Of a stretch of 62,754 nucleotides of DNA, positions 17,373-28,049 are shown piece after piece. A program made the position numbers and the translations under genes. Under the pieces are notes generated by a model, which saw only the letters and a program-made list of their open reading frames with translations, was not told where the DNA came from and did not search any database. This DNA comes from Candidatus Pacearchaeota archaeon (GTDB lineage Archaea; Nanobdellota; Nanobdellia; Pacearchaeales; GW2011-AR1): assembly GCA_017609285.1 (NCBI GenBank), contig JAFCEE010000004.1, positions 1 to 62,754 on the forward strand, given 5' to 3'. How positions within the stretch are numbered: the stretch's first letter is position 1; every line of letters starts with the position of its first letter.

Positions 17373-17610
17373 AAACTTACGCTTTTAAATGTTTTTATTT
17401 TTTATTCAAGAGTAGTAAAATAAATGAATTTATATATAGAATTTAGAAAACTAAAAACCGAAAACTTTATAAATATATATCTTTTGTATATACCAGTATG
17501 TATACACATACCTCCTTTCAACTGTCTTGTCTTTTCTGGCAAGGCGGTTTTTATAATCAAAAGTCCAGAAAATTTTAAATTTTCTGCTGATTAAACTTCA
17601 AAAATTCAAC

Positions 17611-17946
17611 ATGACAGATATATTTGATAATAAAGTATTATGTAAAAATTGTGGAAAAGAAATGAAAAAAGCTAAATTAGTAAAGAGGGGTTTCCAAATG
17701 CGTGCACTAATATGTGAGAATTGTGGCAATAAAATTATTCATCCGCAAGATGAGTTAGAATATAAAAATTTTCTTGGACTAAAAAACAAGGTTTTTAAAG
17801 TTAAGTTACGACTTGTTGGAAATAGTTATGCTGTATCAATTCCTAAGGAAATAGTTTCATTTATGAGAGAACAAGAAAAAATGTTTAATGATCTTGTTAA
17901 GTTAACTTTTGAGGATGCTAAAAAATTAAAGTTAATATTTGATTGA
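17611..17946 (+). CDS. Zn-ribbon + AbrB/SpoVT-like domain protein
   Basis: CKNCG...CENCG followed by [14 protein letters not shown]. 4-nt overlap with cdc48. Confidence 0.55.
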   Translation: MTDIFDNKVLCKNCGKEMKKAKLVKRGFQMRALICENCGNKIIHPQDELEYKNFLGLKNKVFKVKLRLVGNSYAVSIPKEIVSFMREQEKMFNDLVKLTFEDAKKLKLIFD

Positions 17947-20234
17947 AAATGCCACAAGAACAAGAAGTTAAGTTGAAAGTTGTAGAAGCATTACAAGATG
18001 ATGCATACAAAGGAATAGCTAGAATTGATACTGAGATAATGAGAAGATTGAGGGTGAGAAGAGGAGATGTTATAAGTATAACTGGAGGAAGAGAGACTGT
18101 AGCTATAGTAGATAGAGCTTATCCTGCTGATATTGGAGAAGGAATAATAAGAATAGATGGTATAATAAGGAGAAATGCAAGAACTGGAATTGGCGAAATA
18201 GTTTCTGTTAAAAAAGTTGAAATAAAAGAAGCTAAAAGAATCAATATAGCTCCAAGTCAAAAGGGAGTAATGGTACAAGCAGATCCAGAAGTTTTGAAAA
18301 GGGGCTTGTTAGGAAGAGCAGTAGTTAAAGGCGATGTAGTTGTTTTAGGCGGGACAGCAAGAAGAAGGGATATTATGTCTGATATGGATTTATTTAATGA
18401 TATTTTTGCTGAAGCTTTATCTGGAATAGGAGGTTTTGGCTTTTCTGGTTTACAGACTAGATTTTTAATAGTAAGTACACAACCTTCCCAACCTTGCATT
18501 ATAACTGAAAATACAGATATAATTCTTAGTCCTAAGGCTGTAGAAATTACAGAAGAGAAAATACCTGATGTTACTTATGAGGATATAGGTGGTTTAAATG
18601 AGGAAATTAAGAAAATAAGGGAAATGGTAGAGCTGCCTTTAAAACATCCGGAGATTTTTGAGAGACTAGGGATAGAAGCTCCTAAAGGTGTCTTATTGCA
18701 CGGACCACCAGGAACAGGAAAAACTTTACTTGCTAAGGCAGTAGCTAATGAGTCTGAAGCAAATTTCATACTAATAAATGGTCCAGAGCTGATGAGCAAA
18801 TTTTATGGTGAGAGTGAGAAAAATTTAAGAGATAGATTTGAAGAAGCAGAAAAGGCAGCTCCCTCTATTGTATTTATAGACGAGATTGATGCTATAGCTC
18901 CGAAAAGAGAAGAATCTTATGGTGAAGTAGAAAGAAGAGTAGTCTCCCAGTTATTAACGTTAATGGATGGTTTGCAAAGTAGAGGAAGAGTAGTGGTTAT
19001 AGGAGCTACTAACAGACCAAATGCTATTGATCCCGCTTTAAGAAGGCCAGGAAGATTTGATAGAGAAATAAGCATAAATGTTCCAGATAAAAAAGGCAGA
19101 CTCGCAATTTTAAAAATCCACACGAGAAATATGCCTCTCGCAAAAGATGTTAACTTAGAAGAAATAGCAGGAGTTACTTATGGTTTTGTAGGAGCAGATT
19201 TGGCTTCTCTTGCTAAAGAAGCTGCTATGAATGTTTTGAGGAAAGTTTTGCCAAAAATAAAAATGGACGAAGAAGAGGAAATCCCAAAAGAAGTTTTGGA
19301 GAATTTGAAAATAACTAAAAAAGATTTTTCTGAGGCTTTGAAATCAGTTAGACCTTCTGCAATGAGAGAAGTTTTAGTTGAAACACCAAATATTAAATGG
19401 CGGGATGTTGGTGGTTTAGATAAAATAAAGCAGGAATTAATAGAAACAGTAGAATGGCCTCTGAAATATCCTGAGAATTTTGTGAGAATGGGCATAAATC
19501 CGCCAAGAGGAATTTTACTTTACGGACCTCCAGGAACAGGAAAAACTTTACTTGCTAAGGCAGTAGCTAATGAGTCTGAAGCAAATTTCATACAAGTTAA
19601 AGGTCCTTCTTTATTAAGCATGTGGGTTGGTAAATCTGAGGAGGGTGTTAGAAAAATATTTGAAAGAGCAAGGCAGGTAGCTCCCTGTGTAATATTTTTT
19701 GATGAGGTAGATGCTTTAGCTTCAAGGAGGGGTTTAAGTGTAGGGACAAAAGTTACTGATCAGGTTTTAAACCAGTTGTTAGCTGAAATGGATGGTTTAG
19801 AAGAGTTGCAGAATGTAATTGTAATAGGAGCTACTAATAGGCCAGATATGTTAGATCCTGCTTTATTAAGGCCAGGAAGATTTGATAGGATTTTATTAGT
19901 CGGTCCTCCAACTAAAGAAGGTAGATTAGAGATATTAAAAATCCACACGAGAAATATGCCTCTCGCAAAAGATGTTAATCTTGATAAATTAGCTGAAATT
20001 ACAGAGGGATATGTAGGGGCGGATATTGAAGCTTTATGTAGGGAAGCTGCTCTGTTAGCTTTAAGAAAAGATAAAAATGCCAAAGAGGTTAAGAAAAAAC
20101 ATTTTGACGAGGCCATGAAAAAAATTAAAGCAAGTGTAAGTAAACAGGCAATTGATAGATATAAAAAAGTTGAACAAGACTACTTGAAATCAGCTAAAGC
20201 CGCTCTTGAGAATAATGCTGGTTATTTAGGTTAG
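17943..20234 (+). CDS. cdc48: CDC48/VCP-like AAA+ ATPase
   Basis: N-domain plus two AAA modules ([15 protein letters not shown] twice, DEID/DEVD Walker B motifs). Confidence 0.95.
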   Translation: MKMPQEQEVKLKVVEALQDDAYKGIARIDTEIMRRLRVRRGDVISITGGRETVAIVDRAYPADIGEGIIRIDGIIRRNARTGIGEIVSVKKVEIKEAKRINIAPSQKGVMVQADPEVLKRGLLGRAVVKGDVVVLGGTARRRDIMSDMDLFNDIFAEALSGIGGFGFSGLQTRFLIVSTQPSQPCIITENTDIILSPKAVEITEEKIPDVTYEDIGGLNEEIKKIREMVELPLKHPEIFERLGIEAPKGVLLHGPPGTGKTLLAKAVANESEANFILINGPELMSKFYGESEKNLRDRFEEAEKAAPSIVFIDEIDAIAPKREESYGEVERRVVSQLLTLMDGLQSRGRVVVIGATNRPNAIDPALRRPGRFDREISINVPDKKGRLAILKIHTRNMPLAKDVNLEEIAGVTYGFVGADLASLAKEAAMNVLRKVLPKIKMDEEEEIPKEVLENLKITKKDFSEALKSVRPSAMREVLVETPNIKWRDVGGLDKIKQELIETVEWPLKYPENFVRMGINPPRGILLYGPPGTGKTLLAKAVANESEANFIQVKGPSLLSMWVGKSEEGVRKIFERARQVAPCVIFFDEVDALASRRGLSVGTKVTDQVLNQLLAEMDGLEELQNVIVIGATNRPDMLDPALLRPGRFDRILLVGPPTKEGRLEILKIHTRNMPLAKDVNLDKLAEITEGYVGADIEALCREAALLALRKDKNAKEVKKKHFDEAMKKIKASVSKQAIDRYKKVEQDYLKSAKAALENNAGYLG

Positions 20235-21119
20235 AACTTTTATCTTATTTTTTGCGATTAAAACAGTATGTTCAGCCTGGGAAACTTTCCCATGACTTTT
20301 TTCTACTAATACAGGATAATTATATAGAATTCTTTCTTTTTCAAGGAAATTTAAGGCAAGCAAACTTTTTGTTCCAAACTCTTTAACAAGCCATCTTTCA
20401 CAAAACGGCAAAGTTTTATATTTTTCTTCAATAAAAGCTAAAATCTTTCTTGCAAGCAAATTCCTTATCGGTTTTTTTTCTTGTAATATATAGATTCCAG
20501 AAGATTTGCTTTCGTTTACTAATCCAGAACCTGTTGTCGAAAAAGGTTCTATTGCATAAACTCCACTTCCTAATCTTGTTTTATTGTTATTATTGTAATT
20601 GGGAATAGTTAGACCTGCGTGAACTTTGTATTTTCCTAATTCATGTCCAGAAAGATTTCTTATTGGAGAAAAGTTGAAAGAGGTAATTGTTTCTTGTATA
20701 GCCTGACCAATTTTCCAAATTTCTATCCCTTGCTTTGTTACTTCAATAGCTTTTTGTAAAGCTTTTTCACTTGCAAGAATCAAGGTTTTGTTTTCATTAT
20801 TATTTTCCAAATCTAATGAAAAAGCAGTATCTATGATAAAACCAGAAATATGTACACCTAAATCCACTTTTAATAAACCAGAAGCTTTAGTTTTATCATT
20901 ATGTCCAGGTGTATAATGAGCAGCAATCTCATTAATGCTTAAATTAACAGGAAATGCTGGTTTTCCCCCTAACCTAACTATTTTATCTTCGATTTTTTCT
21001 GCTATCTCTATCAAAGGCACCTCTGACTTTACAGTCTCTCTTGCATATTCTTTAACTTCTTTCGCAATATGGCCAGCTTTTCTATATTCCTCAACTCCTT
21101 CTATTTCTTCTTTTGTCAT
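20226..21119 (-). CDS. map: methionine aminopeptidase, type 2
   Basis: Pita-bread fold motifs (AAHYTP..., [13 protein letters not shown]). Confidence 0.9.
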   Translation of the reverse strand: MTKEEIEGVEEYRKAGHIAKEVKEYARETVKSEVPLIEIAEKIEDKIVRLGGKPAFPVNLSINEIAAHYTPGHNDKTKASGLLKVDLGVHISGFIIDTAFSLDLENNNENKTLILASEKALQKAIEVTKQGIEIWKIGQAIQETITSFNFSPIRNLSGHELGKYKVHAGLTIPNYNNNNKTRLGSGVYAIEPFSTTGSGLVNESKSSGIYILQEKKPIRNLLARKILAFIEEKYKTLPFCERWLVKEFGTKSLLALNFLEKERILYNYPVLVEKSHGKVSQAEHTVLIAKNKIKVLT

Positions 21120-21207
21120 TTTTTATATACATTAAGATAGTTTAAAAATTTCTTGTTTTTTTGGAATAATGCAGGTTTATAGAAAACTCTAAAAATTATT
21201 TTCTTTT

Positions 21208-21981
21208 ATGCTTACCATGAATTTAAGAAAACTTGTTAAAAAGTTTTGGAATCAAGTTTATTGTAGTTTTTCTCGTTTTTATAATGATTTCTATCCTATC
21301 AAAGAACTTAGGAAATTAAAAAATAGAAATTCAGAGTTGGAGGAAATAAACGCTGGTTTATTAGAACAACTTGTAAGGAATGAAGCAGAATTAAAGCAAG
21401 CCTACTTTGGACTTGAACAGGCTGTAGAGGTTGAGACAAAATTAAAAAAACAAATTGAACTTCAACAAGGTTTAATTTCACATCTAAAACGAAATGAAAA
21501 AGAATATAAAAAAGCTATTTCAGAAATATTAAGAAGCTATCCAAGATTTTTAGGAGAGCTTATCACAAGTCTGACAAAAAAACCAGTTGCTATCCTTGAT
21601 GATTCAGGAAAAATCGTTGCTGCTACGGAATCAATGAAAAAAATGTTTGGAGTTGAACATATAGAAGGTTTAGATTATAGAGAGATTATTAGAGTAGAAA
21701 AAGATTATGAAGAGAGATTTAGAAAATTTAATGAGGACTCTTCATTAAATGAAATTGAAGTAATTGCAAAAGTAAGGGGTGAAAATAGAAGAAGGGAGGG
21801 TCTGATTATCTCAAAAAGAACATCTCCAAGAGTTAATTTGGAAAGTATCCATTTTAGATATAAAGAAAAAATATCTGTGCCTATATGTACCTATATCTGT
21901 GCTAAAAAATCAAGAGTTGTTGTAAGAAAAGAAATTGAAAGACTAGTAAATTATATTGAGGGAATTATAAAAAAACATTAA
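21208..21981 (+). CDS. hypothetical coiled-coil protein with PAS-like segment
   Basis: 257-aa ORF; coiled-coil N-terminal half, then PVAILDDSGKIVAATESMKKMFG. Confidence 0.4.
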   Translation: MLTMNLRKLVKKFWNQVYCSFSRFYNDFYPIKELRKLKNRNSELEEINAGLLEQLVRNEAELKQAYFGLEQAVEVETKLKKQIELQQGLISHLKRNEKEYKKAISEILRSYPRFLGELITSLTKKPVAILDDSGKIVAATESMKKMFGVEHIEGLDYREIIRVEKDYEERFRKFNEDSSLNEIEVIAKVRGENRRREGLIISKRTSPRVNLESIHFRYKEKISVPICTYICAKKSRVVVRKEIERLVNYIEGIIKKH

Positions 21982-22030
21982 TCTGGGTTGTGAAGGTTCT
22001 GTTAACTTAAATCCTGATTTTATTTGATCG

Positions 22031-22053
22031 AAACCCATCAAGCTTTTTTTGTT
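22031..22053. repeat. Direct repeat, copy 1 (relic of polB 3' end)
   Basis: AAACCCATCAAGCTTTTTTTGTT, identical to 23039-23061. Confidence 0.9.
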
Positions 22054-22127
22054 CTGTGGCTTATTTCAATCTTTAATATTTAAACAACTAACTGAAATTT
22101 TATAAACTAACTTTTTCTTGATTATTT

Positions 22128-23039
22128 ATGATAAAGTATTATAAAACAAAGAATAGGAAGTTAATAAAACTTGAACACAAAGTTGTTAATTCCTGGGTTC
22201 AGGTTATCGACCCTACAGAACAGGAAATCGAATATCTAGTATCTGAGTTTGGAATTGAAAAAGATTATTTGATAGACGGATTAGATATTTATGAAACTCC
22301 CAGAGTAGATGAGGATAATAAAATTATTTACATTTACTTAAGAGTTCCTACAAATAAAGGAGAATCTCCTACTTCAAGCTTTTTGATAATACTGACTCCG
22401 AAATATATTTTTACAATAAGTAAGGAAAATTTAGAAATATTTGAGAAAATAATTGAATCAAAAAGGCCAATAAATACTTCTTTCAAACTTAATTTTGTTA
22501 TGAGATTCTTATCTTTAGTTTCTATATTCTTTAGTGTATATGTTAGAAAGATTATAAAAGAAGTGAAAAGAGATAGAAGCAAGTTAGCGAATTTGAAAGA
22601 GAGGGATATTTTAAGTTTAATTTTAAAAGAAGATATCCTGAATGATTATCTCTCTTCATCCTCCCCCTTGGTTGGAATGCATAAAGACCTTATGAAAATA
22701 AAAACCCTAAAATTCTCAGAGGCTAATAAAGAATTTATTGAAGATTTGGTTATTGATTTAGAACAGACGTATAAAACCTGTAAGTCTGCTTTGAAAAGCA
22801 TCTCTAATATGAGAGATTACTACTCTGTAACCCTATCAAATGATTTGAATAAAATTATTACTATTCTGACTATATTCACTATTTTTTTGACTATCCCTAC
22901 CTTATTCTCTGGGATTTACGGTATGAATATCTCTTTGCCTTTACAGAAACTCAGTTACGCATTTTGGATAATAATGGGGATAATTGTTCTGGTTTGGACA
23001 ATAATGTTAGTTCTTTTAAGAAAGTTAAGAATAATTTAA
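22128..23039 (+). CDS. corA: CorA-family Mg2+/Co2+ transporter
   Basis: C-terminal two TMs with the GIYGMN signature. TATA-like box at 22098-22106. Confidence 0.85.
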   Translation: MIKYYKTKNRKLIKLEHKVVNSWVQVIDPTEQEIEYLVSEFGIEKDYLIDGLDIYETPRVDEDNKIIYIYLRVPTNKGESPTSSFLIILTPKYIFTISKENLEIFEKIIESKRPINTSFKLNFVMRFLSLVSIFFSVYVRKIIKEVKRDRSKLANLKERDILSLILKEDILNDYLSSSSPLVGMHKDLMKIKTLKFSEANKEFIEDLVIDLEQTYKTCKSALKSISNMRDYYSVTLSNDLNKIITILTIFTIFLTIPTLFSGIYGMNISLPLQKLSYAFWIIMGIIVLVWTIMLVLLRKLRII

Positions 23040-25450
23040 AACCCATCAAGCTTTTTTTGTTTCATGCCTTCTAATAATTCTTTTGTATTTATATTAAAGA
23101 CCTCAAAAATATTTTCTATAGCAGGTAAGATTTGATTGTTTAAATAATAATTTATGTCATACGCTCCTTTTTCTTCAGGCAACCTTGCTCGCTCCCTTAC
23201 TAAAGCTTTTTTTTCTTTTGATTCGGCTATATAATAAGAGATAAGCATACCAGCGTCTACTGGCAAACCTAAAGATAACATTTTTTTAGCTATAGTTACA
23301 TGCGGACCTTCTGATAGATACTCAGAAACAGGTTTTTTGAGTTGCGTTCTTATTATAAGCTGTTGCTTGTCAACTTTTCTATTTTTTATTTGCTTTATTA
23401 TTTTCTTTACATATTGCAATGCTGATTTTTCATTACCTTCTCTTAAAATTTTTTCGAGAACTTTATTTTGAATTTCTCTTGACAAAAAGCACCAGTCCCT
23501 TCTTACTGTTTCAAATCCACGAATTTTTATCTTCCCTTTATAATTAATTAAAGCATACTTCTTTTTTGCTCCAAATTCTCCAGTACGTTTAGTTACCCAT
23601 ATCCCTCTTTTATAAAAATCCTCTAATTCGAGTTCCATAATCCCTGGAAGATTCTTGTTTATTTCTTTTAATAAGTTTAAAGTTTCTTGTTTTGTATGTT
23701 TGTTCAGCTCGAATGCTATAGAATCTGTATCACTATATATAACAGAAAAATTTTTTTTGTTTATTATATTAATTGTTTTTTTAATAAATTTTCTACTGAT
23801 TGCTGTTGCAGCTGCTGAAGCTTCAGGACAATAATAGCGAGCTCCAAAAAATCCCTGGTAGCCGTAAGTTGCATTTGCAAGTAACTTAAAAGCATTGCTT
23901 CTAACTTTTTTTATTGGGTCTGGGTTTTTTTTCAATTCAACTTTATACTTTTTCCTTAACTTTATTATTTCCTCTAGGAGTTTGGGAATAAAACCTTTTT
24001 TCTTTGAAAAATAAATTCTTTTATCTCCCAAATCTACTTCTAAACTGTTTTTTTCTTTTTTTTCTCCTAAAAATGTAGTTTTTGATAAATTAAATGTTAC
24101 AATTATAGAAGGCCAGTAACTTGTGAAATCAAAAATAGCAAGATTTTCGTAGAGAGCAGCTTTTGGTTGTAAGACAAAAGCTCCCTCATATCTTTTCCTA
24201 AATCTTCTTTTCTGTATTTCTTCATGGAGGGGTCTCTTTTCAGCTATTTCATTGAATCTTTCTAAATTATGCAAAAAATAATTTTCAACCAAACTACTCA
24301 TTGAGTATCTTGTTATATTGAATAGAGGTTCTTGTATTATTTGTGTAAGGACTGACATGTCTTGCCATAATTTTTGGAATAGTTTGTAAGTTAGAATAGA
24401 ATCTTGTAAGTTATATTTGAAATAATCTAACCAATCTTTTATTTTTCTCTCTTCTGAATTTAGGTTGTGGTCTATTTCCAGCTTTTTTTCTCCAAGCAAT
24501 TCAAAAGCAACATCATTTAAACTTAAGGTTTCTGATTGTAAATATTGAGAATAGCAAGTTTCGATGAATTTCAAAATATCAATATGCACTAAACCTTTTA
24601 TTCTTGCGTTTAATGGTCTGCCTCGAGAAAATATAATCCTGCTATTATCTTTGCCCAATTTTAAATCAATATGGTTTTTTTCAGCTCTTGCTCTTAGATA
24701 TGGCAAATCAAATCCGTCTGAGAAGTATCCTGTTATTATGTCTGGATTTAATTTTTTAATGTAATTTTCAAAAGCCTCAATCATTTCTGCTTCATCTTTG
24801 AAATATTCTACATATTGAGGAACAGAAGAACATTTTTTCCAGGTAAGGACTTTTTTAACATTTTCAGAGACTAAAGAAATCATTAAAATGTCGCCTCTTC
24901 CAATCTCAAATTCTTCTGTTTCAATATCAAAAGCCAGAACTTTTGGTTTAAAAGTTGGCTGCTTTTTTAATTCTTCTGCTTTCTCTAACTTTAAAACAAA
25001 ATCTACATCAAGAGAGTCAGATAAACCATTTAATTCATCAGAAGCTAGGATAGGGCCAGAAATATCATACCATATCAAGGGTTTCAGCTTTTTATTTATA
25101 ATATACTTTGTAATTAGATTTATGTCTCTCTCACGAGTTTCAGATTTTGGATTAAGTTTTTTTATTTTATGAACTATTTCTGTCATTTTATTATATTCAC
25201 AAAAAACTTTTATGGCTTTAACTGGTTTCTCCAAATAATTTTTATCTATTAATTCAGCTTTTTCCACTTCTTTTATTTTCTGTATTTTTTTTAGAAGTTT
25301 TTCTGTCACATTAAGGACGTAGAAAAAATTAACTGCCCTATCTATAACACAACAACTCTTTTTTTGTGAGGTTTTGCCAAATATCTTCATGTACGTTTTG
25401 CCCTCTATTGTTAAGTAGTCATAATCAAGAGGTATGAATTTTAGATTCAT
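23036..25450 (-). CDS. polB: DNA polymerase B
   Basis: Exo I FDIET, Pol motifs SYWPSII and YSDTDS; no intein-sized insert. Confidence 0.95.
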   Translation of the reverse strand: MNLKFIPLDYDYLTIEGKTYMKIFGKTSQKKSCCVIDRAVNFFYVLNVTEKLLKKIQKIKEVEKAELIDKNYLEKPVKAIKVFCEYNKMTEIVHKIKKLNPKSETRERDINLITKYIINKKLKPLIWYDISGPILASDELNGLSDSLDVDFVLKLEKAEELKKQPTFKPKVLAFDIETEEFEIGRGDILMISLVSENVKKVLTWKKCSSVPQYVEYFKDEAEMIEAFENYIKKLNPDIITGYFSDGFDLPYLRARAEKNHIDLKLGKDNSRIIFSRGRPLNARIKGLVHIDILKFIETCYSQYLQSETLSLNDVAFELLGEKKLEIDHNLNSEERKIKDWLDYFKYNLQDSILTYKLFQKLWQDMSVLTQIIQEPLFNITRYSMSSLVENYFLHNLERFNEIAEKRPLHEEIQKRRFRKRYEGAFVLQPKAALYENLAIFDFTSYWPSIIVTFNLSKTTFLGEKKEKNSLEVDLGDKRIYFSKKKGFIPKLLEEIIKLRKKYKVELKKNPDPIKKVRSNAFKLLANATYGYQGFFGARYYCPEASAAATAISRKFIKKTINIINKKNFSVIYSDTDSIAFELNKHTKQETLNLLKEINKNLPGIMELELEDFYKRGIWVTKRTGEFGAKKKYALINYKGKIKIRGFETVRRDWCFLSREIQNKVLEKILREGNEKSALQYVKKIIKQIKNRKVDKQQLIIRTQLKKPVSEYLSEGPHVTIAKKMLSLGLPVDAGMLISYYIAESKEKKALVRERARLPEEKGAYDINYYLNNQILPAIENIFEVFNINTKELLEGMKQKKLDGF
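23039..23061. repeat. Direct repeat, copy 2 (encodes last 8 codons of polB, KQKKLDGF)
   Basis: Identical 23-mer to 22031-22053. Confidence 0.9.
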
Positions 25451-25559
25451 GATTGAAGTAATTTAAACAGATATTTAAAGTTTCATATCCCCCGATGTTA
25501 TGTTACTTTGTAGTAGTGATAATAGAAAAGTTTATAAATATCATGAGCCTTTAAAAAAT

Positions 25560-26087
25560 ATGGATCCAAAAGAAGAATTTTATGATGGAAGAACTCCTGC
25601 TATAAGGAGATGGGAAACAAGAAAATTACGAGCTTTAGCTAGGGGCGATTTTGCTGATTATGCTAGAGCTTGTGATGCTCTTGGACAAAAGCCAGAGTTC
25701 CCTGACTTTTATGAAAGAGGCAGAGCTGACTTAGAATCTGATTTAGAAAATTTAGCTTATAATCATGGAGATTTTCAAGTTAGTAGAAATATGGCAGAAA
25801 GAGAGAGATGGGGCAATATAACTAAAATAGCTTTAAAAAGATTCCCAGAATTAGAGAGGGGGGAGAGAATTAGTGTTACTGAAATTAAAAGAAGATTAGG
25901 ACAAATTAGAAAAGCTGGCTACGATGTCAGGCCATATTCTAAAATGAGAAAAGAAGAAGCATGGGGATATTTAATGCAGATTAGGAGAGAAGTGTATGAG
26001 AAAGCAGGACAATATTGCCCTGAAGTTCTTGCTGAGATTAAAAAAAGGAATATGAGGCAAAAAAGAGATGCAAGGAAAATAAGATAA
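25560..26087 (+). CDS. hypothetical charged protein
   Basis: ORF-track frame 25500-26087. ATG at 25560 follows TTTATAAA (25531-25538) by about 22 nt. No family recognised. Confidence 0.45.
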   Translation: MDPKEEFYDGRTPAIRRWETRKLRALARGDFADYARACDALGQKPEFPDFYERGRADLESDLENLAYNHGDFQVSRNMAERERWGNITKIALKRFPELERGERISVTEIKRRLGQIRKAGYDVRPYSKMRKEEAWGYLMQIRREVYEKAGQYCPEVLAEIKKRNMRQKRDARKIR

Positions 26088-26098
26088 ATATCAAAATA

Positions 26099-26239
26099 AT
26101 GGATATGGTTTTAGTAAATGGAATTTATGTTCCTATTGATGACATTGATAAAAAAGATATACTTGAAACTTATAGGATAATCAGAAAAAAATTAGAAAGA
26201 GAAACTTTGAATGTGTTAATGAGAAAAAAGCTCCAGTAA
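26099..26239 (+). CDS. possible small ORF (46 aa)
   Basis: MDMVLVNGIYVPIDDIDKKDILETYRIIRKKLERETLNVLMRKKLQ; below track cut-off; speculative. Confidence 0.2.
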   Translation: MDMVLVNGIYVPIDDIDKKDILETYRIIRKKLERETLNVLMRKKLQ

Positions 26240-26316
26240 AAGAAGAAAGGCAAAACGAGAACATATTGATTTGTATGTATAGGTAATTTTTTATATTATC
26301 TTTTTCTTATTTTTAT

Positions 26317-27321
26317 ATGGGTTTGAATATAGGAGAGATTATACAAAAAAAAGCTATTGAGTTTAATGATTTGAAAGGAAAGATAATAGGAGTGGATGCT
26401 TCTAATATTATTTACCAGTTTCTTTCAACAATAAGACAGCCAGATGGAACTCCTTTGCAAGATAAAAAAGGTAGGATTACAAGCCATTTAAGTGGTTTAT
26501 TTTACAGAAATATTAATTTATTAAACGAAGGCTTAAAGTTGGTGTATGTTTTTGATGGTAAAATGCCTTCTTTGAAAAGGAGTACTATAGGTAAAAGGGA
26601 GGAGGTAAAGGAGAAGGCAAGAAAGAGATATGAAGAGGCGAGAAAAAAAGAAGATATTGAAGTTATGAGAAAATATTCTCAACAATTAGCTAGATTAACT
26701 CCTGAAATTAAAGAAGAAAGTAAAGAGCTTTTGGAAGCAATGGGAATTCAGGTTGTTCAGGCTCCTTCTGAAGCTGAGGCACAAGCTTCTTATATGTGTA
26801 AGAAAAGGAAGGTTTATGCTGTTGCTTCTCAAGACTATGATGCTTTACTTTTTTCTACACCAAGATTGTTACAAAATTTAACTTTAGCAAGAAAAAGAAA
26901 GACAATAAGTGGTTATGTTGAAATAAGCCCGCAAATGATTGAACTTGACAATGTTTTGAATTCTTTAGGAATAAATCAAGATCAGCTTATATGTTTGGGC
27001 ATTCTTTCTGGAACAGATTATAACCCTGGTGGTATTAGAGGAATAGGTCAGAAAAAAGCTTTGGAATTAGTAAAAAGATATAAGTATCCTGTGAAAATAT
27101 TTGAAGCTGTAAAAGAGCAGGTTGATTTTGACTGGCAAGAAATTTTTGAATTGTTTCATAAGCCAAAAGTAAAAGATGTTGAAATTAAATTTCCAAAATT
27201 ACAAAAGGAGAAAGTTAAGAAAATTTTACTTAATAGAGATTTTTCTGAGAGTAGAGTAGAAAGTGGTTTAGAAAAGCTAAATAAAGCTATAGAAGAAAGG
27301 AAACAGAGGACGCTTTTCTAA
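26317..27321 (+). CDS. fen: flap endonuclease 1
   Basis: XPG-N/I motifs (GVDASNIIYQF..., SQDYDALLF) and H3TH. Confidence 0.95.
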   Translation: MGLNIGEIIQKKAIEFNDLKGKIIGVDASNIIYQFLSTIRQPDGTPLQDKKGRITSHLSGLFYRNINLLNEGLKLVYVFDGKMPSLKRSTIGKREEVKEKARKRYEEARKKEDIEVMRKYSQQLARLTPEIKEESKELLEAMGIQVVQAPSEAEAQASYMCKKRKVYAVASQDYDALLFSTPRLLQNLTLARKRKTISGYVEISPQMIELDNVLNSLGINQDQLICLGILSGTDYNPGGIRGIGQKKALELVKRYKYPVKIFEAVKEQVDFDWQEIFELFHKPKVKDVEIKFPKLQKEKVKKILLNRDFSESRVESGLEKLNKAIEERKQRTLF

Positions 27322-27407
27322 TAAAAAAGTATGACCGAACCCGAGCTTGCGAGGGTGAGGGAAGTTTGTTTTAGAAAGAAATTTAAATATTAAAAATATG
27401 TAAAAAT

Positions 27408-28049
27408 ATGAAAAAAGAGTTTATTATAGGGGGTTTTGTGGTATTAATTTTAGTTTCACTTTTTTCTATTTGTTTTGTCTACGCCCAAGATAATGGTGAG
27501 AAAAGTCCTGAAGATGCTGAAGATATAAAACAAGAAGCAGAGAGATTAGGACAAGAATTAAAGCAAAAAGAAAAAAAGGTTTTGGAAACAGAAATTGAAA
27601 TCCCTGAAAATTTACAGGTTGTTGTGAGAATTCTTTTTGGAGTTAAAGGCAGTATAAATCTACAAGAGTTTGTGGTTTTAATTGCTGTTTGGGTTATGTT
27701 GTTGCTTATTATAGTAAGTTTTTTACAGCTAACTCCTCTTCTTAGTGGATGGAAATCGTGGGCGGGGGCTATTACTATCACTTCCATTATATCAGTAATA
27801 GGGGTTGTAAGAAACATAAGTATATTTTTCTTCAATCTTGGAAATGCCTTTTCTTTTCTTCAAAAATGGAGTATTTTGAAAATTGTTTTTGTCATTGTCT
27901 TAGCTATTGTTTTAATTTGGCTTGCTAGTTTTGTCTCTAAAATTATAAAGAAAAAATTGATGTTAGAGGAAGCAGAGATGAAAGGAGCAAAAGCAGGGGC
28001 AGGGGCTAAAATAATGGAAGAAACTTTTGAGCAGGTAACTGGAGAATAA
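27408..28049 (+). CDS. signal-peptide multi-pass membrane protein, paralogue family A
   Basis: Signal peptide, acidic ectodomain, about 4 TM, charged tail. Shares the RILFG...W motif with 28050-28724. Confidence 0.5.
   Translation: MKKEFIIGGFVVLILVSLFSICFVYAQDNGEKSPEDAEDIKQEAERLGQELKQKEKKVLETEIEIPENLQVVVRILFGVKGSINLQEFVVLIAVWVMLLLIIVSFLQLTPLLSGWKSWAGAITITSIISVIGVVRNISIFFFNLGNAFSFLQKWSILKIVFVIVLAIVLIWLASFVSKIIKKKLMLEEAEMKGAKAGAGAKIMEETFEQVTGE

Noticed and set aside
17440-17560. AT-rich region with GTATAC-type palindromes upstream of the AbrB/cdc48 genes as a replication origin
   Set aside because: There is no orc1/cdc6 gene nearby and no repeated ORB-like elements. It is probably just promoter DNA.
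17991-20116. Series of antisense ORFs within cdc48 (17991-18278, 18257-18499, 18575-18799, 18917-19123, 19178-19495, 19760-20116)
   Set aside because: They are Ser/Leu-rich antisense shadows of a strongly supported AAA+ gene. The same reasoning applies to antisense ORFs in polB, pheS/pheT, the BNR protein and the ABC genes.
23036-25450. Possible inteins in PolB, CDC48 or RFC
   Set aside because: Protein lengths are normal and the catalytic motifs are contiguous. There are no Cys/Ser...HN splice-junction blocks or embedded LAGLIDADG segments.
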